Below, one piece after another: positions 47,062 through 55,714 of a stretch of 64,000 bases of DNA. The translations under genes were made by a program, and so were the position numbers. Source of the DNA: a bacterium. Lineage in GTDB: Bacteria; Patescibacteriota; Minisyncoccia; Phycocordibacterales; UBA5272. The stretch covers positions 5,077-69,076 of the forward strand of contig JAYUJP010000022.1 of assembly GCA_043765155.1 (NCBI GenBank), written 5' to 3'. Below the pieces are notes generated by a model that saw only the letters and a list, made by a program, of their open reading frames with translations, did no database searches and was not told where the DNA came from. Numbering within the stretch: the stretch's first letter is position 1; the number at the start of each line of letters is the position of its first letter.

Positions 47062-48036
47062 ATGCTACTCGACAAAATAACTTTAGATCTTAGTGCTGGA
47101 AAAGGAGGCGATGGCGTCGTGCGCTGGAGACGTGAAAAAGGTATACCTTATGGTGGTCCTGCTGGAGGTGACGGTGGCAAGGGTGGTGACGTGTACGTAA
47201 AAGTTATACGTGACATATATGCTCTGGGTCAATATCGTATGAAAAGAGAATGGCAAGCCGAAGTGGGAGAGATGGGGCAAAAGAGGTCAATGCATGGCGG
47301 TGACGCCAAGGACCTTATTTTGAGCCTACCTATTGGATCTGTTATCTATAACAAGGACTATGACATAACATATGATCTGAGTGAGGACGGAGCACTGATT
47401 AAAATATTAAAAGGTGGCAAGGGTGGCCTCGGTAATGAGAACTTTAAGACATCTACTAATCGCGCCCCAGAAGAATTTACCAAGGGTCAACTGGGTGAAA
47501 GTGGTACATTTGAGATAGAGCTACGTCTTATCGCGGATGCAGGATTCATAGGTAAGCCTAATGCCGGAAAAAGTTCACTACTCAATTCGCTAACACGCGC
47601 CGGAGCCAAAGTTGCCGATTATGCTTTTACTACTCTTGAGCCTAATCTAGGGTCATACCACACGTACGTACTAGCTGACATACCAGGACTAATTGAGGGT
47701 GCGAGTGAAGGCAAGGGTCTAGGTCATAAATTTTTAAAGCATGTTCGCCGTACAAATACACTCGTGCACCTGATAGCTAGTGATGAAGTTGATCATGTCG
47801 AGACTTACAAGGTCATAAGAAAAGAGCTTGAAGCTTTTGACTCAGAAATGATGAAAAAGGACGAGATAGTCTTATTATCTAAAATAGACCTTATAGACGA
47901 AAAAGAAATGGAGAAAATAGTAAAGAAGTTCAAAAAAGAATTAAAGCTAGACATAACCCCAATCACAATACTTGATGATGCTAGCGTCAAAAACTTTGGA
48001 GATAAGCTTGTAAAAGTTTTGAGAAAAGAAATTTAA
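47062..48036 (+). CDS. obg: GTPase Obg/CgtA
   Basis: Obg fold with Gly-rich N-terminus (GKGGDGVVRWRREKGIPYGGPAGGDGGKGGDVY), G1 GKPNAGKSS, and G3 DIPG. Confidence 0.95.
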   Translation: MLLDKITLDLSAGKGGDGVVRWRREKGIPYGGPAGGDGGKGGDVYVKVIRDIYALGQYRMKREWQAEVGEMGQKRSMHGGDAKDLILSLPIGSVIYNKDYDITYDLSEDGALIKILKGGKGGLGNENFKTSTNRAPEEFTKGQLGESGTFEIELRLIADAGFIGKPNAGKSSLLNSLTRAGAKVADYAFTTLEPNLGSYHTYVLADIPGLIEGASEGKGLGHKFLKHVRRTNTLVHLIASDEVDHVETYKVIRKELEAFDSEMMKKDEIVLLSKIDLIDEKEMEKIVKKFKKELKLDITPITILDDASVKNFGDKLVKVLRKEI

Positions 48037-48115
48037 TAAATAAAAAGTAATTTTTTATATTTTTAGTTAAACTTCACCTTTTAAGTAATTTTGGTTTGTA
48101 TTTTATAGGTTTTTT

Positions 48116-48124
48116 TGGTATAAT
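48116..48124 (+). promoter_or_regulatory. Extended -10 promoter TGGTATAAT
   Basis: Motif lies 27 nt upstream of the atpB ATG. Confidence 0.4.
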
Positions 48125-48151
48125 ATATGCAAGATTTTTAAAATAAGAGTT

Positions 48152-48952
48152 ATGAAAGAAAAGATATTAGGATTAATACAGATAAAAGAAGAGATACCGG
48201 GGATTAATCCGCATGAGCTATTTCACGTTGGGTTCTTATCTTTTTCTTCATCTACAATGATGGCAATACTTGGCGTAATATTATTTTCTATACTAGCAAG
48301 TAGAGTCGCAAAGTTTAAGTTACTTCCAAGCAAATTTCAACTCATAGTCGAGGATATAGTTATGTTTGTGCAGAACTTTATAGTGCAGATTATAAATGAC
48401 GAAGATAGAGCCAAAAAAATAATGCCATTTGTGGGTGCTGTATTTATGTTTATACTTTTCGCTAACCTGATATCACTTGTACCATTTTTATCAAGTATAA
48501 CTTTTAATGATTATCATGTGTTTACCGCTAGTACCGCTGACTTTAATACGACATTCGCTCTCGCTCTCGCCTCTGTGGTTATTATAAACATAAATGCAGT
48601 AGTTGAAAATGGGCTCTTTTCGCATCTTGGGCATTTTATACAAATAAAACCAATTATAACTGGATTCAAAAAATCTATGGGTGATGGATTTTTAGCTATA
48701 GTTAACTTCTTTGTGGGGTTAATAGAGGTCATTGGTGAAGTCGCTAAGATCATCTCGTTATCACTTAGACTATTTGGAAATATGTTTGCCCATGAGGTGC
48801 TAACTATAATATTGCTCGGCGCCTTCTCAGTTGGAGTGCCAGCCATTTGGATGGGTATGGGTATACTTGTAGGTGTAGTGCAGGCAGTAGTATTTACTGC
48901 GCTAATTACAGTATATTACTCACTCACAATCAGAACAAAAGCGCATCATTAG
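48152..48952 (+). CDS. atpB: F-type ATP synthase F0 subunit a (isolated)
   Basis: The conserved Arg motif LSLRLFGNMFAHE, plus PSKFQLIVEDIVMFV and FILFANLISLVPF, match subunit a. Neither atpE nor other atp genes follow. Confidence 0.8.
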   Translation: MKEKILGLIQIKEEIPGINPHELFHVGFLSFSSSTMMAILGVILFSILASRVAKFKLLPSKFQLIVEDIVMFVQNFIVQIINDEDRAKKIMPFVGAVFMFILFANLISLVPFLSSITFNDYHVFTASTADFNTTFALALASVVIININAVVENGLFSHLGHFIQIKPIITGFKKSMGDGFLAIVNFFVGLIEVIGEVAKIISLSLRLFGNMFAHEVLTIILLGAFSVGVPAIWMGMGILVGVVQAVVFTALITVYYSLTIRTKAHH

Positions 48953-48961
48953 TATAAACAC

Positions 48962-49279
48962 ATGAAAGAAAATACTTTTATTATAATATACGTCACACAT
49001 AAAAATAAAGATGAGGCTGAAAAAGTAACTAAGCATTTGCTAAGTCAAAAATTAATTGCTTGTGTTAATTATTTGCCAATACAAAGTGAATACTTTTGGA
49101 AAGGTGAAATGGCAAATGAAAATGAAGTTGTTACATTACTTAAGACTAAAAATGAAAATTGGGATAAAGTAAAAAGTGAAGTTGAGAAGATTCATACATA
49201 CGAAGTGCCAGCAATAATAAAATTTGAAGTAGAAGCAAATCCAGCTTATGTAAAATGGATTAATGATATGAGTATATAA
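48962..49279 (+). CDS. cutA: Divalent-cation tolerance protein CutA
   Basis: IIYVTHKNKDEAEKVTKHLLSQKLIACVNYLP...YFWKGE...HTYEVPAII matches CutA1 throughout. Confidence 0.8.
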   Translation: MKENTFIIIYVTHKNKDEAEKVTKHLLSQKLIACVNYLPIQSEYFWKGEMANENEVVTLLKTKNENWDKVKSEVEKIHTYEVPAIIKFEVEANPAYVKWINDMSI

Positions 49280-49291
49280 AAAATATTTATT

Positions 49292-49804
49292 ATGAAGACT
49301 TTCACTTTTGTAGATACTCAAAATCTCTTAAAAACATTTGAAGCTAATTCTTGGATTTTAGATTATTCAAAATTATTTGATTATATAAAAAATGACTTGA
49401 AGTCTGAGAAAGTTATATTATTTTTTGGTTATAACAATAAAAATAAAAAACTGTATCAAGAATTAGAAAATATAGGTTACGAACTAGTCTTTAGACCTAT
49501 GTATAATGGTAAGGCTAATGTCGATAATGATATAGTCTTACATGCTGTAGATAGGCTGAATAAGTACGATGCTTTCATTCTTATTTCAAATGATGGAGAT
49601 TTTTATAATCTTATAAAATATCTTAAAGAAAAAAATAAGTTTAGAAATATAGTCAGTCCAGCCAGGATAACTTGCTCCAAACTTTTGAGGAAAATATCAG
49701 ATAATAAGATAATATTTGCAGATGATATATTAATTAAGATTACAGAAGGCGTAAAAGTATCAGCGGTAAAAGTAAGCATAAAAACACAAAACACTTCTGA
49801 GTAG
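49292..49804 (+). CDS. NYN (LabA-like) domain protein
   Basis: FVDTQNL ... VDNDIVLHAVDRLNKYDAFILISNDGDFYNLIKYLKEKNKF matches the NYN ribonuclease-like fold signature. Confidence 0.65.
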   Translation: MKTFTFVDTQNLLKTFEANSWILDYSKLFDYIKNDLKSEKVILFFGYNNKNKKLYQELENIGYELVFRPMYNGKANVDNDIVLHAVDRLNKYDAFILISNDGDFYNLIKYLKEKNKFRNIVSPARITCSKLLRKISDNKIIFADDILIKITEGVKVSAVKVSIKTQNTSE

Positions 49805-49885
49805 AAGTGTTTTGGAAAGACTGCCAACACCTAATCGGTAAGAGCTTATCTTTTAATATCTTAATTATATACTAATTAAAAAAAT

Positions 49886-50803
49886 ATGTCAAATAAAACA
49901 GATCTAGAAATAAATGATACCAAAATCATAGAGTTCAGAATAATAGAAATAGAAAATGCTATGCAGACTGCAGAGTTTTGGCTTGATAAAGTGACTGCAA
50001 CTGAAATGATCAAGGAGCTCAAGATTTTGAAAAATAAATTATTGGGTGAGAAAGCTTTGGATCAAGGCGGCGCTATTATAAACATAATAGCTGGTGCTGG
50101 TGGTGACGATAGTGAAGACTGGGCCTATATACTTTTTGATATGTATAGTAAATATTTTGAAAAGAGAAGTAAAAATATTTCTGCTTGCAGTATAAGCATC
50201 TTACACTCACATTATAATGAACACAAGGGGATTAAAAATATTACTTTAGAAGTTACGGGTAAAAATATCTTTGGTGATCTTAAAAACGAATCTGGAGTGC
50301 ATAGGCTGGTGCGCATATCGCCATTTGACTCTAATTCAAAAAGGCATACTAGCTTTGCGATGGTAGAAGTTCTGCCTATTATTGATGACAGTATAGAGAT
50401 AAATATAAGACCTGAGGACATAGAGATAACAACGCAGCGTGCTGGTGGTCCTGGTGGGCAAAATGTAAACAAACGTGAGACTGCAGTGCGCATAGTGCAT
50501 AAGGCCACAGGCCTTAGCGTGCATATAAGTGACGAAAGGTCACAAGAAGCTAATCGTGAAAAAGCGATGCAGCTAATCAAGTCAAAATTATACGCTCTAG
50601 AGCAAGAGAAAATAAAAGCTGAAAAAGAAGGACGAAGCATAACCAAAACTACTGAAATAGAATGGGGTAATCAGATACGTAATTATGTATTGCATCCTTA
50701 TAAGCTAGTAAAAGATCTGCGTAGTAACTTTGAAACTAGTGATACAGAGGCTATATTATCTGGGGAAATACAAGAATTACTGGATGCAGAAAAGAGTATT
50801 TAA
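49886..50803 (+). CDS. prfB: Peptide chain release factor 2 (N-terminally short, no programmed frameshift)
   Basis: SPF tripeptide ([20 protein letters not shown]), GGQ ([21 protein letters not shown]) and the RF2-type domain 3-4. At 305 aa, domain 1 is about 60 aa shorter than E. coli RF2. All upstream frames are closed, so there is no +1 frameshift window. Confidence 0.85.
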   Translation: MSNKTDLEINDTKIIEFRIIEIENAMQTAEFWLDKVTATEMIKELKILKNKLLGEKALDQGGAIINIIAGAGGDDSEDWAYILFDMYSKYFEKRSKNISACSISILHSHYNEHKGIKNITLEVTGKNIFGDLKNESGVHRLVRISPFDSNSKRHTSFAMVEVLPIIDDSIEINIRPEDIEITTQRAGGPGGQNVNKRETAVRIVHKATGLSVHISDERSQEANREKAMQLIKSKLYALEQEKIKAEKEGRSITKTTEIEWGNQIRNYVLHPYKLVKDLRSNFETSDTEAILSGEIQELLDAEKSI

Positions 50804-50982
50804 AACTAATGTCTTTAAAAACATAAAGAAAAAACTTAAAAAATAAAGCCAGAATTTAATTTTCTAAAATAAGATTTTTGTAGTATAATATAAGAAATAA
50901 AAAATAAGATAAAAACATATCTTAAAAATAAAACCTAAATTAAATTTAAAACTTTTTACTAAGTATTTAAGAAACAAAAAGT

Positions 50983-53568
50983 ATGAAATACTCTAAAAAT
51001 TGGCTACAAGAATACATAAAAGAAAGTCTTCCGCAAGATAAGATAATAGAGGATGTTTTAAATGCCAAAGCTTTTGAAGTAGAAGGATTAGAGGTTATAA
51101 AATATTCTAAAATATCTAAAAATGGAGAGATAAAAGAAGTACAGGATACTATTTTTGATATAAAAGTTTTACCTAATCGCGCCCATGACGCACTGTGCCA
51201 CTTGGGTATGGCGCGTGAAGTTGCTGCTTGTCTTGACTTAACTTTTAAAAAAGAGGAGATAGATAAATATGAGAATCTTGATAATTTTAAAAGTATAAGC
51301 AAATTTGAATTTGATAATAATATAAAAAAAGTAAGTATAAAAATTCTAGAAGATAAATCTTGTACAAGATTTATGGCTACGCGTATTGACGGAATTGTCG
51401 TAGGAGAGAGTCCAGAGTGGCTCAAAAATAAATTAGAAGCAATAGGGCAGAGAAGTATTAATAACATAGTAGATATAACTAATTATGTGCAGTATACCCT
51501 CAACAAGCCGATGCACGCTTATGATGCTAATAATATTGCTGGCGGCTTACAAGCGAGATATGCTGCAGAAGGTGAAGTGTTGGTAACACTTGATGACAAG
51601 GAGTTAATTTTGAATCAAAGCGGCACAGAAAAAGTTTTGGTTATTAGTGATGATAAAAAAGCCTTAGGTCTAGCTGGTATTAAGGGTGGTAAATACTCAG
51701 GCGTTAACTCAGACACTACCAGTATGATATTAGAGAGCGCTAATTTTGATCCAGTTTTAATACGTAAAACTAGTCAAAAATATAACATTAAAACAGATGC
51801 TAGCAAAAGATTTGAGAATGGTATTGCTGATACCCTAGTCGAGTCAGGATTACACATGACAATAAGTGAGATCTTAAAGCTTTTCCCAGATGCAAAAGTT
51901 GGAGAGATTGGTGACACAAAATTAAGAGAATATAAAAATTATAAATCTGGGGTTACTTTAGATGATGCAAATAGTATATTAGGTTCTGACATATCAGAAC
52001 AAGAATTAGAGAATATTTTAAATAGACTTGGATTTGAATATGATAAAGTTAATACGACAGAAAAGTTGAAAGAGCTTATAAAAATAGCTATAGATAAGCC
52101 ATATAAAAGAGGGGCTAGTGTAATGTATGATGCGCCAGAAAGTTTTGACTGCTCATCACTCACTAATTATTTTTATAAAGAAAGTTATGGTCACATACCC
52201 AGAATATCAATAGATCAGTATGTATTTTCAAAAGCAATTAAAACAGAAGAAGCAAGATTTGGAGATTTGGTATTTACCAATACAAATATTATCAAGACAA
52301 AAGATAATAATATATTTTCACAGGTTCTAGGTAAAGTTGTAAATGATATAGGCACTAGAACAGAAAGTTTAGAATTTATGAAGGGTGCAAAAGTAGAGGG
52401 CGGCATAGATCATGTGGGATTTTATATAGGTAATAATCAAGTTTTGCATGCGAATAGTACTGATGGAAAAGTGGTATTAGAAGATATTGATGATTCAAAT
52501 GCTTTTAAGAATTCTAAATTGCTTAGAAGACCTTTTGAAAATATAAAAGATTTTAGTTATATAGTGAGCATACCTCACGAAAGACTAGACCTGCGTACAA
52601 AAGAGGACTTAATAGAAGAGGTTGGTAGAATATATGGTTATGAAAAATTAGTGCCTATTTTGCCAGATCTTAAAAATAAAATACAAGAAAATAAAATAGG
52701 ATTAATAAATAATAGATTGAATACTCAAAATATAATTAGAAACATTTTGAATAAATATGACTTTTCAGAGGTTATAACTTATAGCCTCACAGAAAAAGGT
52801 GATATAAAATTAGCTAAGTCAGCGAGTGACAAGACAAAGTTACGCATTAATATAAGTGATGGACTTTTAGAATCCCTTAATAAAAATCTTGGCAATATGC
52901 CACTACTTAATCTTGAGACTGTTAAAATGTATGAGATGGGTTCTGTATTTATATTGGGCAAAGATACAAATAAAATCACAGAACCTCTTAACCTTGCTAT
53001 CGCTATAGATGACGGCAAGAAGAAAAGTCATTTCCAAGAAGAGATTAAAAATATTTTATTAGAAATAGAAAAAAAGTTAAACTTAGAAAAAATAGATTTT
53101 GTAGTAAAAAGTGTTAAGCCTTATGTTATAGAAATAAGTCTAGATAACATAATAAATCAAATAGAAAATATAACAACAGGAGAAAATTTAGGAAATAACT
53201 TTTTAAGTCTAGATAATAAAAAAATAGAAAATATAAAATACAAATCATTTTCTCAAATGCCATTTGTTGTGCGTGATGTGGCATTTTGGTGTGATGTTAA
53301 TACTGACAAAATAGAAATATTAGGAGTGATAAAAGATAATGCTGGGGAATTGTGTGTTAGTGTTAATATATTTGATGAGTTCACAAAAGAAATAGAAATA
53401 AAAAAAGACTCACAAGAAAATAGCGTAACAGAAAAGAAAACTATGAAAAGTCTAGGTTATAGATTAGTCTATCAAGATAATATTAGAACACTCACTGATG
53501 AGGAAGTTAATACATACTCTGATAAAGTGTATGAAGTATTAAAAAATAAAGGATTTGAGATAAGGTAA
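50983..53568 (+). CDS. pheT: Phenylalanine--tRNA ligase beta subunit with an NlpC/P60 domain inserted in the B5 domain
   Basis: N-terminal tRNA-binding domain (MKYSKNWLQEYI...), B3/B4 (SPEWL...VDITNYV...PMHAYD), B5 halves (ILGSDISEQELENILNRLGFEY / RRPFENI..IPHERLDL..EDLIEEVGRIYGYE) and the C-terminal domain (FVVRDVAFW) are all present. Between the B5 halves sits a roughly 135-aa NlpC/P60 core (FDCSSL...GDLVF...HVGFYIGNNQVLHA). Confidence 0.9.
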   Translation: MKYSKNWLQEYIKESLPQDKIIEDVLNAKAFEVEGLEVIKYSKISKNGEIKEVQDTIFDIKVLPNRAHDALCHLGMAREVAACLDLTFKKEEIDKYENLDNFKSISKFEFDNNIKKVSIKILEDKSCTRFMATRIDGIVVGESPEWLKNKLEAIGQRSINNIVDITNYVQYTLNKPMHAYDANNIAGGLQARYAAEGEVLVTLDDKELILNQSGTEKVLVISDDKKALGLAGIKGGKYSGVNSDTTSMILESANFDPVLIRKTSQKYNIKTDASKRFENGIADTLVESGLHMTISEILKLFPDAKVGEIGDTKLREYKNYKSGVTLDDANSILGSDISEQELENILNRLGFEYDKVNTTEKLKELIKIAIDKPYKRGASVMYDAPESFDCSSLTNYFYKESYGHIPRISIDQYVFSKAIKTEEARFGDLVFTNTNIIKTKDNNIFSQVLGKVVNDIGTRTESLEFMKGAKVEGGIDHVGFYIGNNQVLHANSTDGKVVLEDIDDSNAFKNSKLLRRPFENIKDFSYIVSIPHERLDLRTKEDLIEEVGRIYGYEKLVPILPDLKNKIQENKIGLINNRLNTQNIIRNILNKYDFSEVITYSLTEKGDIKLAKSASDKTKLRINISDGLLESLNKNLGNMPLLNLETVKMYEMGSVFILGKDTNKITEPLNLAIAIDDGKKKSHFQEEIKNILLEIEKKLNLEKIDFVVKSVKPYVIEISLDNIINQIENITTGENLGNNFLSLDNKKIENIKYKSFSQMPFVVRDVAFWCDVNTDKIEILGVIKDNAGELCVSVNIFDEFTKEIEIKKDSQENSVTEKKTMKSLGYRLVYQDNIRTLTDEEVNTYSDKVYEVLKNKGFEIR

Positions 53569-53613
53569 AAAGAAAACCCACCTAGATGAATTTTCTTCAC
53601 CGGTGAGTTTTTA

Positions 53614-54222
53614 TTAGGGGTCTGTCTTGTATTTTCCTTTTGAGTATATTATGGAGATATTTTTTGGTGTTGCTTCTAGCCCCTTAGCTCTACAATATTT
53701 TAGTATCGGTACATAATTTTTAGATGACATACCGATAAAAATAAAACTGTAAGAAATAAAAAGTTGCACATCTACACCTAGCCTCCTTGCTTTTTTAAGC
53801 TTAGTGTCTATATTCTCAAAAGATAATCCAAGTATAGCCGGTGACGAAGTGATCAACTTTTGCGGATCTTTAAATCCTCGCTCAATTAATCCTGCAATCT
53901 TAGTGTCTATATTCTCAAAAGATAATCCAAGTATAGCCGGTAACGAAGTGATCAACTTTTGCGGATCTTTAAATCCTCGCTCAAGTAATCCTGCAATCTT
54001 AGTGCCTATATTCTCAAAAGATAATCCAAGTATAGCCGGTAACGAAGTAATCAACTTTTGCGGATCTTTAAATCCTCGCTCAAGTAATCCTGCAATCTTC
54101 GTGCTTATTTCTGATGCTGGCCACAAAGCTGGCTTAAAAGGTGTCTGTTTGTCTACCCATACCTGACCAAACGTTTTTACATATGCCATTTTTCTAGCTT
54201 GGTGTTCATGGTTTGAAAGCAT
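53614..54222 (-). CDS. Tandem 33-aa helical-repeat protein, mTERF-like
   Basis: Three nearly identical repeats TKIAGLLERGFKDPQKLITSLPAILGLSFENIG, plus degenerate flanking repeats (KKARRLGVD...NYVPILKYCRAKGLEATPKNI), fit the L..G.s...i..lP.iL..s.e.i periodicity of mTERF motifs. Confidence 0.55.
   Translation of the reverse strand: MLSNHEHQARKMAYVKTFGQVWVDKQTPFKPALWPASEISTKIAGLLERGFKDPQKLITSLPAILGLSFENIGTKIAGLLERGFKDPQKLITSLPAILGLSFENIDTKIAGLIERGFKDPQKLITSSPAILGLSFENIDTKLKKARRLGVDVQLFISYSFIFIGMSSKNYVPILKYCRAKGLEATPKNISIIYSKGKYKTDP
53800..54096. repeat. 3 x 99-bp near-perfect direct tandem repeat (coding)
   Basis: Units 53800-53898, 53899-53997 and 53998-54096 differ by only 2-4 substitutions. 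Confidence 0.9.
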
Positions 54223-54308
54223 GTAATCTCCTTTTTCGTTAATGAAAGAACTTGATAGATAATATCATTATAAAAAGCCTAAGTCAAGTTTAGTAAAATT
54301 CATATTTT

Positions 54309-54317
54309 TGTTATAAT
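54309..54317 (+). promoter_or_regulatory. Extended -10 promoter TGTTATAAT
   Basis: Motif lies 10 nt upstream of the murC ATG. Confidence 0.4.
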
Positions 54318-54327
54318 ATAATTACTT

Positions 54328-55638
54328 ATGTATATAAAATATAAAAAAATACATTTTATAGGAATTGGTGGTATAGGAATGTCAGCTCTTGCTAGATATT
54401 ATAAGTCTCAAGGTGTAATTATTAGCGGTAGTGACTCATCAGAAAGTGAGCTAATAGATAATCTTAGATCTGAGGGTATTATTGTAAATATTAGCGAAAG
54501 TTCTGATAATGTAGCGGATGACATAGACTTACTAGTCTATACTATTGCTATTAAGAGTGATAACGTGGAGCTATTAAAAGGTTTAGAACTAGCCAATAAT
54601 AATGAAAAGAGCTGTAGAGTGTTAACTTATCCACAAGCACTCGGAGAGATGTCACGTGAAAAAAAAGTGATAGCCGTATGTGGTACTCATGGCAAGACCA
54701 CAACTACGGCGATGGTATATAATGCCCTGCAAAATGCTGGATTAGATGTCTCTATGATACTTGGTTCACTAATTAAGGATAAAAATAGTGAAAACAAAAT
54801 GACTAATTATATACACGGCAATAGTGACTGGATAGTTATAGAAGCTTGTGAGTACAGGAGAAGCTTTTTAAATTATAATCCTGAGATAATATTAATTACT
54901 AATATCGATGCCGATCATCTAGATTATTATAAAGACATCGATGATATTGAAAATGCTTTTAGAGAGTTTATAGACAGGTTATCAGAAAACGGAAAAGTTA
55001 TAATACATAAAAACGAAGAGAATATTCTCGAAAAATTAGAAAAGAAAAAAGTTGTAAATAAGATTATTTGTGAAGATGTTATAAATCTAGAAGATGTAAA
55101 ATTAAGTGTACCAGGCGAGCATAATAGAAAAAATGCGCAGCTTGTTGTCGCTCTGGGTGATATGCTTAGTCTAAATAGAGAAAAAGTTTTAGAGGGCCTT
55201 AAAAATTTCGCTGGTACATGGAGAAGGCAAGAATATAAAGGTAAGCATTTTGATATGGAGTGTTATGATGATTATGCTCATCACCCATCAGAAATAAAAG
55301 CAACTTTGCAAGCCTTTAGAGAAAAATGTCCTGATAAGAAAATCATAGCTTGCTTTATGCCTCATCTTTATAGTAGAACCAAGATATTATTTGATGACTT
55401 TGTAAATAGCTTTGAAGATGCTGACGAAATTATACTATTGCCAATATACGCAGCGCGCGAGCAAGTAGATATTAGTATAAGTAGCGACATGTTAGCGCGT
55501 GAGCTTAATAACATAAATAAAAAGGCTGTATCACTTGCTAATATAAATACTTTGAAAGACTATTTAAAAATTCATAGTGACAAAGATAATGTAGTAGTAA
55601 CTATGGGTGCGGGAGATATTTATAAACTCTACGAATAA
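54328..55638 (+). CDS. murC: UDP-N-acetylmuramate--L-alanine ligase
   Basis: HFIGIGGIGMSALA N-terminus, GTHGKTTTT P-loop, and Mur ligase middle and C domains. Confidence 0.9.
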   Translation: MYIKYKKIHFIGIGGIGMSALARYYKSQGVIISGSDSSESELIDNLRSEGIIVNISESSDNVADDIDLLVYTIAIKSDNVELLKGLELANNNEKSCRVLTYPQALGEMSREKKVIAVCGTHGKTTTTAMVYNALQNAGLDVSMILGSLIKDKNSENKMTNYIHGNSDWIVIEACEYRRSFLNYNPEIILITNIDADHLDYYKDIDDIENAFREFIDRLSENGKVIIHKNEENILEKLEKKKVVNKIICEDVINLEDVKLSVPGEHNRKNAQLVVALGDMLSLNREKVLEGLKNFAGTWRRQEYKGKHFDMECYDDYAHHPSEIKATLQAFREKCPDKKIIACFMPHLYSRTKILFDDFVNSFEDADEIILLPIYAAREQVDISISSDMLARELNNINKKAVSLANINTLKDYLKIHSDKDNVVVTMGAGDIYKLYE

Positions 55639-55714
55639 GCTCTATGAATAAAGTTTATAAATAAAAATACACTAATTATTAAAAATAAGATACAAATAAA
55701 ATTATCAGCAAATT

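Noticed and set aside
49804-49900. Programmed +1 frameshift site for prfB (CUU UGA C with an upstream SD)
   Set aside because: All three frames upstream of the RF2 ATG contain stops within 80 nt, and no CTTTGAC motif is present. RF2 here is simply short at the N-terminus.
53575-53618. Terminator after pheT (TCACCGGTGA palindrome plus T-run)
   Set aside because: The palindrome leaves no loop. An alternative CCCACC/GGTGAG stem has an 18-nt loop, so confidence is too low to list as a feature, although the T-run suggests termination occurs here.
53804-54166. 120-aa + strand ORF across the 99-bp repeats
   Set aside because: It is an antisense frame of the tandem repeat. The minus-strand frame gives coherent helical repeats and has proper start and stop signals.
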